Shown: positions 50,238-60,288 of the stretch, in pieces
How positions within the stretch are numbered: position 1 is the first letter of the stretch
Layout of the letters: each line of letters begins with the position of its first letter
The notes under the pieces: model-generated
Databases searched by the model: none
The model's input: the letters and a program-made list of their open reading frames with translations, nothing else
Told to the model about the DNA's origin: nothing
Source of the DNA: Clostridia bacterium
GTDB taxonomy: Bacteria; Bacillota; Clostridia; TANB77; CAG-508
Reading direction: 5' to 3'
Assembly: GCA_900770415.1 (NCBI GenBank)
Contig: CAAGKN010000013.1
Span: 651 to 64,650 of the forward strand
Length of the DNA: 64,000 nt
Translations under genes and position numbers: made by a program

Positions 50238-51251
50238 TCAATAATTAAATAGTTTTATCTCTTCTTCATTAGAGTTATTCTCTATGTCATATTTAACTAA
50301 AATATTCTCCCCAAAGCTTGATATGTTTTTATTTTCTAAATATATATCAATCGACATAATATCTGTTCCATCAGATGTTTCATCATTATTGCAGTCTCCT
50401 ATAATAGCAAAATAGTACTCTAACCAAGTATCTTCTTTTTGTCCATAATATGGTAGTTTTTCATATTCGTATGCCACTAAAAAATCATATATTTCTTTGT
50501 CTTTTTCCTCAACTATGCCATTTTCGTTCATATCACCAACAAGCATTCCATCTACATATTCTATACTGTTTAATTGTAATATTTTTTCTTTTCTTGCTTC
50601 ATAGCTTGCCTCTCCATCATCTGCTACAAAAGTAATATTATATATAGGTCCATATAGATATACAATAAATTCTTTATATTCATCGCCTTCTGTTAATTTA
50701 TTTACAGAAAAACAATTTACGGGTAGCTTAGTTTCTTGCATTATTTTAGCAATTTTTAGTAAAGTATCATCTTGTAATGTATCACTATCCTGTAATATAT
50801 TTCTTTGTTTAAAACTATCTAAAATCCATGTATATGGGTATGCTATGTTGTCTGCAATTATTGAATGTCCATTAAACTCTATACTGGCTTGTGGCAATTC
50901 GTCACTAAACCATACTCTATCTAATTTAATATCATTCATTAAAATATATGTCTTATCACTGGCAAAATTATATATTTTCCCATTTACTATTTTATTCTCA
51001 CCATTTGCAATACTTTCAAATTCTTCACTTGTATATATAGGAATTATATCTTGCTCACCAAAGAAGCCGTTATATATTTGATTTAAGTCATAGCTTTCGT
51101 ATAGTTTCTTGGTATCTGAAATAACATCTCTTTGTGATTGCATTTTGTTTGCCATTATTATGTAACTACTTATTAAAAAAGTGGTTAAGAATACTAATGA
51201 AACTAAAGTAAGTATTGTAATTGCACCTTTTTCACTCTTGATTTTTTTCAT
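50238..51251 (-). CDS. Hypothetical protein with a PilX-N-like hydrophobic N-terminus and two dockerin-like (EF-hand type) repeats
   Basis: EKGAITILTLVSLVFLTTFLISSYIIMANKMQSQRD resembles the PilX_N minor pilin leader. GDMNENGIVEEKDKEIYDFL and GDCNNDETSDGTDIMSIDIYL fit the D-x-N-x-(D/N)...D calcium loop pattern of dockerins. Confidence 0.4.
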   Translation of the reverse strand: MKKIKSEKGAITILTLVSLVFLTTFLISSYIIMANKMQSQRDVISDTKKLYESYDLNQIYNGFFGEQDIIPIYTSEEFESIANGENKIVNGKIYNFASDKTYILMNDIKLDRVWFSDELPQASIEFNGHSIIADNIAYPYTWILDSFKQRNILQDSDTLQDDTLLKIAKIMQETKLPVNCFSVNKLTEGDEYKEFIVYLYGPIYNITFVADDGEASYEARKEKILQLNSIEYVDGMLVGDMNENGIVEEKDKEIYDFLVAYEYEKLPYYGQKEDTWLEYYFAIIGDCNNDETSDGTDIMSIDIYLENKNISSFGENILVKYDIENNSNEEEIKLFNY

Positions 51252-51340
51252 TTGTTACCTCCAACAAAATCTAACTTTATTATACTGTAATAGTTTTTTA
51301 AAAACAATAGATTTTTTGTTTTTTCAAATTAATTTAGATA

Positions 51341-51445
51341 AATTGTAATTTGTTCTTATATTCAAAATTAAAATATTGCAAACGTTGTAGGGGTCGACGT
51401 CCTCAGCGACCCACAATTCATCGCAGAAATCCCCCCAACAGATTG
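51341..51445. repeat. Short copy (reverse orientation) of the 46.1 kb element: end repeat, AATTAAAATATT and the REP-like GTAG palindrome
   Basis: AAATTGTAATTTGTTCTTATATTCAAAATTAAAATATTGCAAACGTTGTAGGGGTCGACGTCCTCAGCGACCC. It aligns with the reverse complement of 46389..46432 joined directly to 46178..46216. Confidence 0.55.
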
Positions 51446-51502
51446 TATTGCCTTTCTTCCAAAAAAATAGTATAATATCAATGTTTTAAGGAGATTGATG
51501 AA

Positions 51503-53839
51503 ATGAACTCAAAATATTTAGATAAATTAGAATATAATAAAATACTAGAAATGTTAGAAGGTTTTGCTAAAACATATTTAGGTAAAAATTTATGTAGAAG
51601 ATTACATCCAAGTACCAATGTGTCCTTTTTATTGGAGCAAACAAATCAGGCTCTTGGATTAATTTATAAAAAAGGTAGCTTACCTCTTTCTTCTATTCCT
51701 AATATTGATATCGCAATTAAAAACCTTGAATCTAACTTTTCTTTAACAGCTTTAGATTTATTAGAAATTGGTAGTATTTTAAAGACTTCTAGAGAATTAA
51801 AAGAGTATTTTCTTGATGAATCTTGTGAGCTAATACTGCCTTCTTATGACATGATATATGTTAATAAATTATTAGAAAAAGAAATTTTTGATAAAATTTT
51901 AGATGAAAACACTATTGCAGATAATGCTTCTTCAAAGTTAAACTCAATTAGAAAATCTCAAAAGAATTTAGGTGTAGAAATCAAAAATAAATTAAACTCA
52001 ATGGTTCATTCTGCTACATATTCAAAATATCTGCAAGATAGTATTGTTACAATAAAAAATGAAAGATATGTAATTCCAGTAAAAGAAGAATATAGAGGTT
52101 TTGTTAAAGGATTTGTTCATGATGTTTCTTCAAGTGGTTCTACTGTTTTTATTGAGCCTCTTGCTGTTTTTGAGCTTAACAATGAATTGAACAACTTAAA
52201 AGCTGAAGAAGCAATAGAAATTGCAAAGATTTTAACAGAGCTTTCTAGAAAACTTATGCCAATTACTAATGAATTAAAAAACAATGTTGAATTAATCGGT
52301 CAAATTGATTTTATATTTGCCAAAGCAAGTTTTAGTAAAAAGCTAAATGGAATTAAACCTGATATTAACAATAAGAACTATGTAAATTTAGTTCAAGCGC
52401 GCCATCCTTTAATTGATGAGAACAAAGTAGTACCAATTGATATTGCCATTGGAGAAAGCTATTCTTCTCTTATAATTACAGGGCCAAATACCGGTGGTAA
52501 AACTGTTTGTTTAAAGACTACAGGTTTATTGTTATTAATGGCATATAGCGGAATTTTAATTCCTTGCAAAGAAAATAGTAGTATATATGTTTTTGATAAT
52601 ATTTTTGCAGATATTGGTGATGAACAAAGTATTAGTGAATCTTTAAGTACTTTTTCTTCTCATATTTTAAATATTGTTGAAATTACTAAAATAGCAACTA
52701 AAAATAGTCTTATTCTTTTAGATGAACTTGGTTCTGGCACTGACCCAATAGAGGGAAGTCGTTTAGCGATAAGCATTTTAGACTACTTTTATAATTTAGG
52801 TTCAATTGTAATTAGCACTACTCACTACGAAGAATTAAAGCAATATGCAATTGTTACAAATGGTTTTGAAAATGCAAGTTTCGAATTTAATTTGGAAACT
52901 TTATCTCCAACATATAAATTATTAATTGGCATTCCTGGTAAAAGTAATGCTTTTGAAATAAGTAAAAGACTTGGCTTAAAAGAAAGTATTTTAGAAAAAG
53001 CAAAATCATTAATTGATAATGATAATATTTGTATAGAAGATTTATTAAAAGAAATTTATGATAATCAAATAGAAATTGAAAAAAAGAAAGATGAAACAAC
53101 TAAAAATTTAAATCAAATAGAAATGCTTAGAAAAAAACTTGAAACTGATTATTCAGAATATGAAGAAAAAGCTATCCTTATGGTTGAAAATGCAAAAAAA
53201 GAAGCTAGAGACATATTATTAGATGTTCAAGATGAAGCAACACAAATAATAAAAGAAATGAACAATCTTTCAAAGAAAAATGGCAAAGCTTCTGTTCAAG
53301 AAATGTATGATTTAAAAAGTAAAGTAAATGATAAAATAAAAGACTTTTCTATGAATAGCAAAAATCAAAAAGGTAATTTAACACAAGATGAAATAAAAGT
53401 TGGAATGCAAGTATATGTTATTCCTCTTGGCAAAGTTGGAACTGTAATAAAACTTCCAAATGCTTCTTCTGAAATAGAAATCCAAGTAGGAAGCTTAAAA
53501 ACAAATATTGCTATTGATAAACTTGTGAGAACAAAACAAGAAACCCAAAAAGCTATTCAACCTACTAAAAATAAATCAATAATAAAGTCTAAAAATATAT
53601 CTAACGAAATAAATGTAATTGGTTTAACAGTAGATGAAGCAATTCCACTAGTAGACAAATATTTAGATGATGCAAATATTGCAAGATTAGAAACAGTTAG
53701 AATTGTTCATGGCAAAGGAACAGGAAAGCTAAAAGCCGGAATCCATGCGTTTTTAAAAAAGCATCCACATGTTAAATCTTATAGAATGGGTACATTTGGC
53801 GAGGGTGAAATGGGAGTAACTGTTGTAACAATAAAATAG
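51503..53839 (+). CDS. mutS2: Endonuclease MutS2
   Basis: 778 aa with Walker A GPNTGGKT, a coiled-coil region and a C-terminal Smr domain (VHGKGTGKL). Confidence 0.95.
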   Translation: MNSKYLDKLEYNKILEMLEGFAKTYLGKNLCRRLHPSTNVSFLLEQTNQALGLIYKKGSLPLSSIPNIDIAIKNLESNFSLTALDLLEIGSILKTSRELKEYFLDESCELILPSYDMIYVNKLLEKEIFDKILDENTIADNASSKLNSIRKSQKNLGVEIKNKLNSMVHSATYSKYLQDSIVTIKNERYVIPVKEEYRGFVKGFVHDVSSSGSTVFIEPLAVFELNNELNNLKAEEAIEIAKILTELSRKLMPITNELKNNVELIGQIDFIFAKASFSKKLNGIKPDINNKNYVNLVQARHPLIDENKVVPIDIAIGESYSSLIITGPNTGGKTVCLKTTGLLLLMAYSGILIPCKENSSIYVFDNIFADIGDEQSISESLSTFSSHILNIVEITKIATKNSLILLDELGSGTDPIEGSRLAISILDYFYNLGSIVISTTHYEELKQYAIVTNGFENASFEFNLETLSPTYKLLIGIPGKSNAFEISKRLGLKESILEKAKSLIDNDNICIEDLLKEIYDNQIEIEKKKDETTKNLNQIEMLRKKLETDYSEYEEKAILMVENAKKEARDILLDVQDEATQIIKEMNNLSKKNGKASVQEMYDLKSKVNDKIKDFSMNSKNQKGNLTQDEIKVGMQVYVIPLGKVGTVIKLPNASSEIEIQVGSLKTNIAIDKLVRTKQETQKAIQPTKNKSIIKSKNISNEINVIGLTVDEAIPLVDKYLDDANIARLETVRIVHGKGTGKLKAGIHAFLKKHPHVKSYRMGTFGEGEMGVTVVTIK

Positions 53840-53867
53840 GGAAAAAGGGGTCTGTCCCCTTTTTCCC
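53839..53867. terminator. Bidirectional terminator between mutS2 and cca
   Basis: GGGAAAAAGGGG-TCTGT-CCCCTTTTTCCC. Confidence 0.7.
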
Positions 53868-55120
53868 TATTTTATTTTATGTTGCATTTTCATCCATTTT
53901 ACTCTTTCTTGATGTAGTTTTTCTCCAAATTCTTGTCCTTGTATGTTTTTATATTTTTTCTTTATATATTCTCCATTTATTTTTGTTAGTAGCTCTTGCC
54001 CTATTGGCTCAAATGTACATTTTTTTCTTTTTTCTTCACTTAAAGTTCCTGTTCTATTTTTATCACAATATACTACTATTTGCAATCCATGTAATCCTAA
54101 CACAGATTTTTCTACTCGTTCTATAAAAGAAACTTGTTTTGCCGGGGTCATTTGACTAAATATTCCGCCTCTCATATGTTCTTTACATGATGTGATCCCT
54201 GCTTTTTTCCATGATGTTGGAACTCCTATTCTATTAGACAATTTTCTTTCTGGTTCAACGCCTCTTTCGTCATGTCCGTAATGATGTGGTAATATTTCTT
54301 TTGGCGTTAAGCCTTTTCCTAAATCGTGGACTAAACTTGCATATCGTATTTCTAAATTATCTGTTAATTTTGCGCTATTATCAAGTACTATCATTGTATG
54401 ATTATAGCTATCTCCTTCTGGATGATATTCTATTGGCTGGATACTTCCTATTAAAGCATATATTTCCTTAAAATGTACATCTAAAACTCCTGCTTCTTTT
54501 AAAACATTAAAAAATATTGATGGTTTTTCTGTTGCTAATGCTTTTCTAAATTCGCAAAATACTCTTTCTTTTGATAATGAATTTAATTCTCCTTTTAATT
54601 CATTCATCATTTGTATAGTTAATTTCTCTACTTTAAAATTTAACTCACTTGCAAATCTAGCTACTCTATATACTCTTAATGGATCTTCTTTAAAGCTAGT
54701 GCTTGTTGCTCTTATTATTTTATTTTTTAAATCTTCTTGTCCATTAAATGGGTCTATTATTTCTTTAGTTAAAACATCTTGTGCAATTGAATTAATTGTT
54801 ATATCTCTTCTTAACAAATCTTCTTCGATTGTTATATTTTTATTTGTTGTAATCTCAAATTCTTTATGACCTTTTCCTATTTTTTTCTCTGTTCTAGCAA
54901 GTGCAAATTCATGTCCATTCAAATCAAAAACCTCAAAGGCTTTTCCTCTTATATGTGCATTTGGAAACAATTCTAAAAAATCCTGTTTCTCTAAACCAAC
55001 TACACAATAATCTTCATCAAAAATAGGCCTATTTAATAGTTTATCTCTAAGTGCCCCTCCTACTAAATAAAGCCTACCTCCATGATTTTCAATTAATTTT
55101 GCAATTCCTAGAACTTCCAT
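53867..55120 (-). CDS. cca: CCA-adding tRNA nucleotidyltransferase with an HD domain
   Basis: LVGGALRDKLL, RRDITINS and an HD motif (LVHDLGK). ATG at 55120 (MEVLGIAK), just after the stop of the upstream gene. Confidence 0.85.
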   Translation of the reverse strand: MEVLGIAKLIENHGGRLYLVGGALRDKLLNRPIFDEDYCVVGLEKQDFLELFPNAHIRGKAFEVFDLNGHEFALARTEKKIGKGHKEFEITTNKNITIEEDLLRRDITINSIAQDVLTKEIIDPFNGQEDLKNKIIRATSTSFKEDPLRVYRVARFASELNFKVEKLTIQMMNELKGELNSLSKERVFCEFRKALATEKPSIFFNVLKEAGVLDVHFKEIYALIGSIQPIEYHPEGDSYNHTMIVLDNSAKLTDNLEIRYASLVHDLGKGLTPKEILPHHYGHDERGVEPERKLSNRIGVPTSWKKAGITSCKEHMRGGIFSQMTPAKQVSFIERVEKSVLGLHGLQIVVYCDKNRTGTLSEEKRKKCTFEPIGQELLTKINGEYIKKKYKNIQGQEFGEKLHQERVKWMKMQHKIK

Positions 55121-55122
55121 GT

Positions 55123-56553
55123 TTATAAATTCCTTGCCATTTGGATTCCTGAACATGATGCCATCATTAAACCTCTTGTCATTCCTCCTCCATCTCCTAT
55201 TGAGTATAATCCTTTTATATTTGTTTCAAATTGTTCATTTATTATTACTTTGTTGCTATAAAATTTTATTTCTGGCGCATATAAAAGATTATCTGGATTT
55301 GCAAATCCTTCTACAACTTTGTCTATTGTTCTTATAAATTCTAGTATACTTACCATTGTTCTATAACCTAATGCAAATGTAATATCACCTGCTACTGCTG
55401 ATTTTAATGTTGGTTCTACTGAATTTCTTTCTAACTCATAATCCCAAGTTCTTTTTCCTCTATGTATGTCTCCTAGTCTTTGAACTACTATATTTCCTGC
55501 ACCTAGGTCATTTAAGTTTTGAGCAACATTACGTCCATATCCAATTGGTTTATCAAAAGGGTGTGTAAAGTGATGCGATACAAGTATTGCTAAGTTTGTA
55601 TTTGTACTTTTTCTTTCTTTATATGAATGTCCATTTACTAATGTTAAATTGTTATCATAAACTTCTGCTGATACAAATCCACTTGGGTTTTGGCAAAAAG
55701 TTCTTACTTTATCTCTAAATGGTCCTACTCTTCCAACAAACTTTGCTTCATACATGTATTTATTTACATCTTTCATAATTTCGTCTGGAAGCTCATATCT
55801 AACACCAATATCTACTATTCCTGTATCTGTTTTTATACCATGTTTATTGCACATATCTACTAGCCAATTTGCACCTTTTCTTCCAACAGCTAGTACAACT
55901 TTATCTGCATATACACTCTCTAATGGATATTCTTCATCTTCTATATATTTTGCTTCTTTAATCTTAACACCTTTTATCTCGCCATTTTCTACAATTAAAT
56001 CTCCAACAGTTGTTCCGAAAAGCATCTCTACACCATTGTCTTCTATATATTTTTCTAATCTTCCATATACTTCATGGCTTTTTTCTGTTCCTAGATGCCT
56101 TATTGGAATATTTATTAATCTTATTCCATCTTTTTCTGCTCTTTTAGATATTTTAGCAATTTCTTCTTGATATTCTGTTCCTTCTAATTTTTTATCTGCT
56201 CCAAAGTCTAGGTAAATCTTATCTGTATAATCTATTAGTTCTTTTGTTTTTGGAACGCCAATATATTTATGCAAAATTCCTCCAACATGAATGTCATCAT
56301 CTTTGCTATCATATAGTGATAATTTACCATCAGAAAAAGCTCCTGCTCCTGAAAATCCATTTGTTATATTACACATTGGTTTACAATGTACACATTTTTT
56401 TGTCTTTTCTATTGGGCAATATCTGTCTTCTACTCTTTTTCCTTGGTCTATTAATAGTACATGTTTATATTTTTTTAGTTGTATTAGTTCATAGGCACAA
56501 AAAATTGAGCTAGGCCCCATTCCTACTACTATTACATCATATTTACTCTGCAT
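55123..56553 (-). CDS. FAD-dependent oxidoreductase (COG2509-like uncharacterised dehydrogenase)
   Basis: Dinucleotide-binding DVIVVGMGPSS. About 476 aa. ATG at 56553 after TGGAGTG. Confidence 0.6.
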   Translation of the reverse strand: MQSKYDVIVVGMGPSSIFCAYELIQLKKYKHVLLIDQGKRVEDRYCPIEKTKKCVHCKPMCNITNGFSGAGAFSDGKLSLYDSKDDDIHVGGILHKYIGVPKTKELIDYTDKIYLDFGADKKLEGTEYQEEIAKISKRAEKDGIRLINIPIRHLGTEKSHEVYGRLEKYIEDNGVEMLFGTTVGDLIVENGEIKGVKIKEAKYIEDEEYPLESVYADKVVLAVGRKGANWLVDMCNKHGIKTDTGIVDIGVRYELPDEIMKDVNKYMYEAKFVGRVGPFRDKVRTFCQNPSGFVSAEVYDNNLTLVNGHSYKERKSTNTNLAILVSHHFTHPFDKPIGYGRNVAQNLNDLGAGNIVVQRLGDIHRGKRTWDYELERNSVEPTLKSAVAGDITFALGYRTMVSILEFIRTIDKVVEGFANPDNLLYAPEIKFYSNKVIINEQFETNIKGLYSIGDGGGMTRGLMMASCSGIQMARNL

Positions 56554-56646
56554 ATAAATCACTCCATTTGTTTATTTTACTATATAATAATAGCATAAAT
56601 TTATTATATATTCAACAAAAAAAGCCTATATTAGGCTTTTTTTAGG

Positions 56647-57606
56647 TTAGTTTTCTTCCTTATTTGTTATTTCTTCTAGGTGTAATAATTCTTCCCAACG
56701 TCTGTCTACTTCCTTTTGAAATTCTTCTATCATCCATTCATTTCCTGGTTTAAACATGTGTTTAAATCTTTTTTGTGGTCTTAAGAATTCTTCTATTGGA
56801 AGTTTGTTTTTTGGTTTATAGTTTACTATATATCTTCCATCTATTACCTCATATAGTGGCCAGTAACATGTTTCTACTGCTAACTTATTTATTTGCATTA
56901 AGTCTTCTGTGTTGTAGCCCCATCCTCTTGGACATGGTGTAAGTACATTTAGGAATGCTGGTCCTTTTGTATATATTGCCTTTTCTGATTTCTCGTATAA
57001 ATCTTTAAAGTTATTATATGCGATTGTTTGAGCAACATAAGGAATGTGGTGATTTGCCATTATGTTTGTTAAATCTTTTCTATTTTGCATTTTGCCAGGA
57101 ATTACTTTTCCTGCTGGTGATGTTGTTGTATCTGCAAATCTAGGTGTAGCAGATGAACGTTGAATTCCGGTATTCATATATGCACCATTGTCATAGCATA
57201 CATATACCATATCATGTCCTCTTTCCATTGCTCCTGATAGGCTTTGTAGTCCTATATCGTAAGTCCCACCATCTCCTCCAAATGCTATAAATTTAGTTGT
57301 TTGGTCTTCTGGTATTTTTCCATTTCTTTTTAATGCTTTGTATGCAGCTTCTGCTCCACTTGCATTTGCAGCTGCACATTCAAAAGCTGTATGTACAAAA
57401 GAATCTGTCCATGCTGTGTATGGATAGATAAATGTTGAAACTTCCATACATCCTGTTGCACAAGATATTACCGCATGGTCTTCTGGTTTTAATGCTCTTA
57501 AAACCATTCTTCCTACAACAGGAGCTCCACACCCTGCACACATTCTATGACCTGCTGTAAATCTTGATGGTTTTTCTGCAATTACTTCTTTTAAATTATA
57601 TGCCAT
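56647..57606 (-). CDS. porB: 2-oxoacid:ferredoxin oxidoreductase beta (TPP-binding) subunit, POR/VOR type
   Basis: 319 aa with a CAGCG cluster region and the TPP motif GGDGGTYDIG...NGAYMNTG. Confidence 0.85.
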   Translation of the reverse strand: MAYNLKEVIAEKPSRFTAGHRMCAGCGAPVVGRMVLRALKPEDHAVISCATGCMEVSTFIYPYTAWTDSFVHTAFECAAANASGAEAAYKALKRNGKIPEDQTTKFIAFGGDGGTYDIGLQSLSGAMERGHDMVYVCYDNGAYMNTGIQRSSATPRFADTTTSPAGKVIPGKMQNRKDLTNIMANHHIPYVAQTIAYNNFKDLYEKSEKAIYTKGPAFLNVLTPCPRGWGYNTEDLMQINKLAVETCYWPLYEVIDGRYIVNYKPKNKLPIEEFLRPQKRFKHMFKPGNEWMIEEFQKEVDRRWEELLHLEEITNKEEN

Positions 57607-57618
57607 TGTTATTTCCTC

Positions 57619-58800
57619 CTATTTTCTTAATCCTAAATATCTATATGGATTATCTATTTCTCCTGTTTTTACGATTTCAGCTAAATCATCATATACGCTT
57701 TCTATGTCATCTGCTTTTGTATCTCTTCCACCAATTCCATATACATAGTTTACCATTGGAACTTGTTTTTTGTTTACATACATTGCAGATGTTACATCTT
57801 CAAATAAAGCTCCACCAGCAGCGTTTAGTGAATCTGATTTATCTAATACAGCAACTGCTTTTACATTCTCTAATGCTTTTGCAATTTCTTCTGCTGGAAA
57901 TGGTCTAAATACTCTTATTTTTAGAAGTCCTGCTTTTATTCCTTTTTCTCTTAAATTATCTACAACATATTTTGTTGTTCCTGCTGTTGAGTTCATACAT
58001 ACTATTGCAATTTCTGCATCATCTAGTTTGTATTCTTCAAAGAAAGAGTATTTTCTACCTGTCATTTTTTCAAAGTCTTTTGCTACGTCTAATATTACTT
58101 TTTTTGCATTTTTCATTGCTTCTGCTTGTTGTGCTTTATGTTCAAATAAGTATGCTTGTAAGTCAAGTGGTCCTACTGCTATTGGGTTATCTTTATTTAG
58201 CAAATATTCATCTGGCTTATATTCTCCAACAAAAGCTTTTACTTTATCATCTTCTATTAATTCTATGTTTTCTATTGAATGTGATGTTATAAATCCATCT
58301 TGACATACCATTAAAGGTAGTTTTACATCTTTATTTTCTGCTATTCTATGTGCCATTATTAAATTATCATAAGCTTCTTGGTTATTCTCTGAAAATAACA
58401 TAATCCATCCAGCATCTCTTACTCCCATTGCGTCTGAATGGTCATTATGAATATTTAATGGTCCTGATACTGCTCTATTTACCAAGCTCATTACTATTGG
58501 TAATCTTAAACTTGAAGCAATATATATCATTTCCCACATTAATGACATTCCGTTTGCAGAAGTTGCTGTCATAGCTCTTGCTCCTGCCGCTTCTGCTCCT
58601 ATTGTTGCAGACATTGCACTATGCTCACTTTCTACTGCAACAAATTCTGTATTTACTTCTCCATTACTTACAAATGTTGAAAAATATTGTGGTATTTCTG
58701 TTGATGGTGTTATTGGGAATGCTGCTACTACATCTGGGTTTATTTGTTTCATTGCAATAGCTGCTGCTTCATTACCACTTAAACGTTCTCTAATAGACAT
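57619..58800 (-). CDS. porA: 2-oxoacid:ferredoxin oxidoreductase alpha subunit
   Basis: 393 aa. GNEAAAIAMKQINPDVVAAFPITPSTEI is typical of PorA. Confidence 0.85.
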   Translation of the reverse strand: MSIRERLSGNEAAAIAMKQINPDVVAAFPITPSTEIPQYFSTFVSNGEVNTEFVAVESEHSAMSATIGAEAAGARAMTATSANGMSLMWEMIYIASSLRLPIVMSLVNRAVSGPLNIHNDHSDAMGVRDAGWIMLFSENNQEAYDNLIMAHRIAENKDVKLPLMVCQDGFITSHSIENIELIEDDKVKAFVGEYKPDEYLLNKDNPIAVGPLDLQAYLFEHKAQQAEAMKNAKKVILDVAKDFEKMTGRKYSFFEEYKLDDAEIAIVCMNSTAGTTKYVVDNLREKGIKAGLLKIRVFRPFPAEEIAKALENVKAVAVLDKSDSLNAAGGALFEDVTSAMYVNKKQVPMVNYVYGIGGRDTKADDIESVYDDLAEIVKTGEIDNPYRYLGLRK

Positions 58801-58883
58801 TTCATTTCCTCCCTTTTTATTTTAAACAGACACATGTCCTGTTTCATTTTTTATAATATATTTTAGTCATTTCTTTGGAGTGC

Positions 58884-58909
58884 GGGTCGCCGAGGACGGC
58901 GCCCCCTAC
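58884..58909. repeat. Third copy of the REP-like GTAG/GC-rich palindrome, in the porD-porA intergenic spacer
   Basis: GGGTCGCC-GAGGAC-GGCGCCCC-CTAC. The reverse complement reads GTAGGGGGCGCCGTCCTCGGCGACCC. Confidence 0.5.
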
Positions 58910-58933
58910 ATAGCACGAAGTTTTTCATTTGTT

Positions 58934-59215
58934 TTATTGCATAGTTATTGCGCCAAAAGGACAAACCTTAGCACAAACTCCGCATCCCTTGCAATAATCA
59001 TAATTAAATTCTGTTCTTTTTTGGTCTTTTCCTACTGGTATTGCGTCATCTGGACATACAGGAAAACATAGACCACATTGTTTGCATTTTTCTGATAAGA
59101 ATATAGGTTTTTGGCTTCTCCAATCTCCTGTTTTAAATTCTCTTGCATTTCCTGCTGTATATATATCTCCACCTGGTGTTAATTCTTCCATTGGTGTTTT
59201 TGGATTGATATCCAT
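58934..59215 (-). CDS. porD: 2-oxoacid:ferredoxin oxidoreductase delta subunit (2x[4Fe-4S])
   Basis: 93 aa with CKQCGLCFPVCP and CKGCGVCAKVCP. Confidence 0.85.
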   Translation of the reverse strand: MDINPKTPMEELTPGGDIYTAGNAREFKTGDWRSQKPIFLSEKCKQCGLCFPVCPDDAIPVGKDQKRTEFNYDYCKGCGVCAKVCPFGAITMQ

Positions 59216-59235
59216 GTAAAATCACATCCTTCTTT

Positions 59236-59814
59236 CTATATTTCTTCTACTGAATTTAAAGCCATTTCTAATGCTTTCATATTTCCTTCTATTACCTCTG
59301 GTTTTTTAGCAAATTTATGCTTAAATGATCCTTTCATATCATTTAATAATTCTTCATCTGACATAACTTTACTAACTTTTACTATTGCTGCTAGCATTGG
59401 TGTATTAGGAAAATATCTTCCTAATGCTTCTTCTGATATTTTTCTTGCGTCTATTTTATATACTTTTCCTTCATAACCTTTAAGTAATTTCTTTATCTCT
59501 TCCGCATTCTTTGTAGTGTTAATTACTATTGCTCCTGTACTTTTCAATCCAGCTGTTACTGGAACTGTATCCAATAAAGTATCATCTACAACTACTACAT
59601 AATCTGGTTCATAAATGTTACTATGTATTGTAATTGGTTTGTCGCTTATTCTGTTGTATGCAGTAATTGGTGCACCCATTCTCTCTGGTCCGTATTCTGG
59701 AAATCCTTGAATATATTTACCTGTGTTAAACGCTGCATCTGCTAAAAGAAGTGATGCTGTTTTTGCACCTTGGCCTCCACGTCCGTGCCATCTAATTTCT
59801 ATTAACCCGTCCAT
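59236..59814 (-). CDS. porC: 2-oxoacid:ferredoxin oxidoreductase gamma subunit
   Basis: 192 aa. IRWHGRGGQGAKTASLLLA is typical of PorG/PorC. Confidence 0.85.
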   Translation of the reverse strand: MDGLIEIRWHGRGGQGAKTASLLLADAAFNTGKYIQGFPEYGPERMGAPITAYNRISDKPITIHSNIYEPDYVVVVDDTLLDTVPVTAGLKSTGAIVINTTKNAEEIKKLLKGYEGKVYKIDARKISEEALGRYFPNTPMLAAIVKVSKVMSDEELLNDMKGSFKHKFAKKPEVIEGNMKALEMALNSVEEI

Positions 59815-59852
59815 TTTCTATCTCCCCTCTTAAAATCTATTTTACATGGTTA

Positions 59853-59881
59853 AATATATAACTAAACATTTAAAAAGTCAA
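59853..59881 (-). promoter_or_regulatory. Candidate promoter of the por operon
   Basis: On the minus strand: TTGACT (59881..59876), 17 nt, TATATT (59858..59853). Confidence 0.45.
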
Positions 59882-59891
59882 TATTGTAAAT

Positions 59892-59920
59892 TTGAAAAAA
59901 ATAGCAATATGTTTTATAAT
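59892..59920 (+). promoter_or_regulatory. Island cassette promoter 1
   Basis: TTGAAA, 17 nt, TATAAT, preceded by TTGTAAATT. Confidence 0.5.
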
Positions 59921-59965
59921 AGTATTAATATGGATAATATTCCATCATATTGGAGGTATGGAAAA

Positions 59966-60280
59966 ATGAAAAGACCAAACGACCGATTATCTCGGTCACT
60001 TCTCAGAACATTAGCAGCCTTATTTTTACTCGCAGTGGCAATACTATTTTTCTGGCTGGCTTTTGCTCTTGGAAAGGTTGGAGTTAACATTCTGCTAATA
60101 TTTATTGTTAGCTCTGTTGCCACAGTTCTTGCTTTCTTATCCATTTTCTTATTGAGCCCTATATTTTGGGTCATAGCTCTGGGGGTAATCATCGAGAAAA
60201 TTTCTAAGGAAGATTTCATTTATTACAGGAAAAATTTAAGACCATTTGCCAAAAAATGTGTTGACAAATACCTGTGGTAA
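59966..60280 (+). CDS. Small membrane protein, island cassette 1
   Basis: 104 aa (MKRPNDRLSRSLLRTLAALFLLAVAILFFWLAFAL...) with 3 hydrophobic spans. ATG is 9 nt after GGAGG. Contains an in-frame CGG. Confidence 0.5.
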   Translation: MKRPNDRLSRSLLRTLAALFLLAVAILFFWLAFALGKVGVNILLIFIVSSVATVLAFLSIFLLSPIFWVIALGVIIEKISKEDFIYYRKNLRPFAKKCVDKYLW

Positions 60281-60288
60281 ACCTCCCC

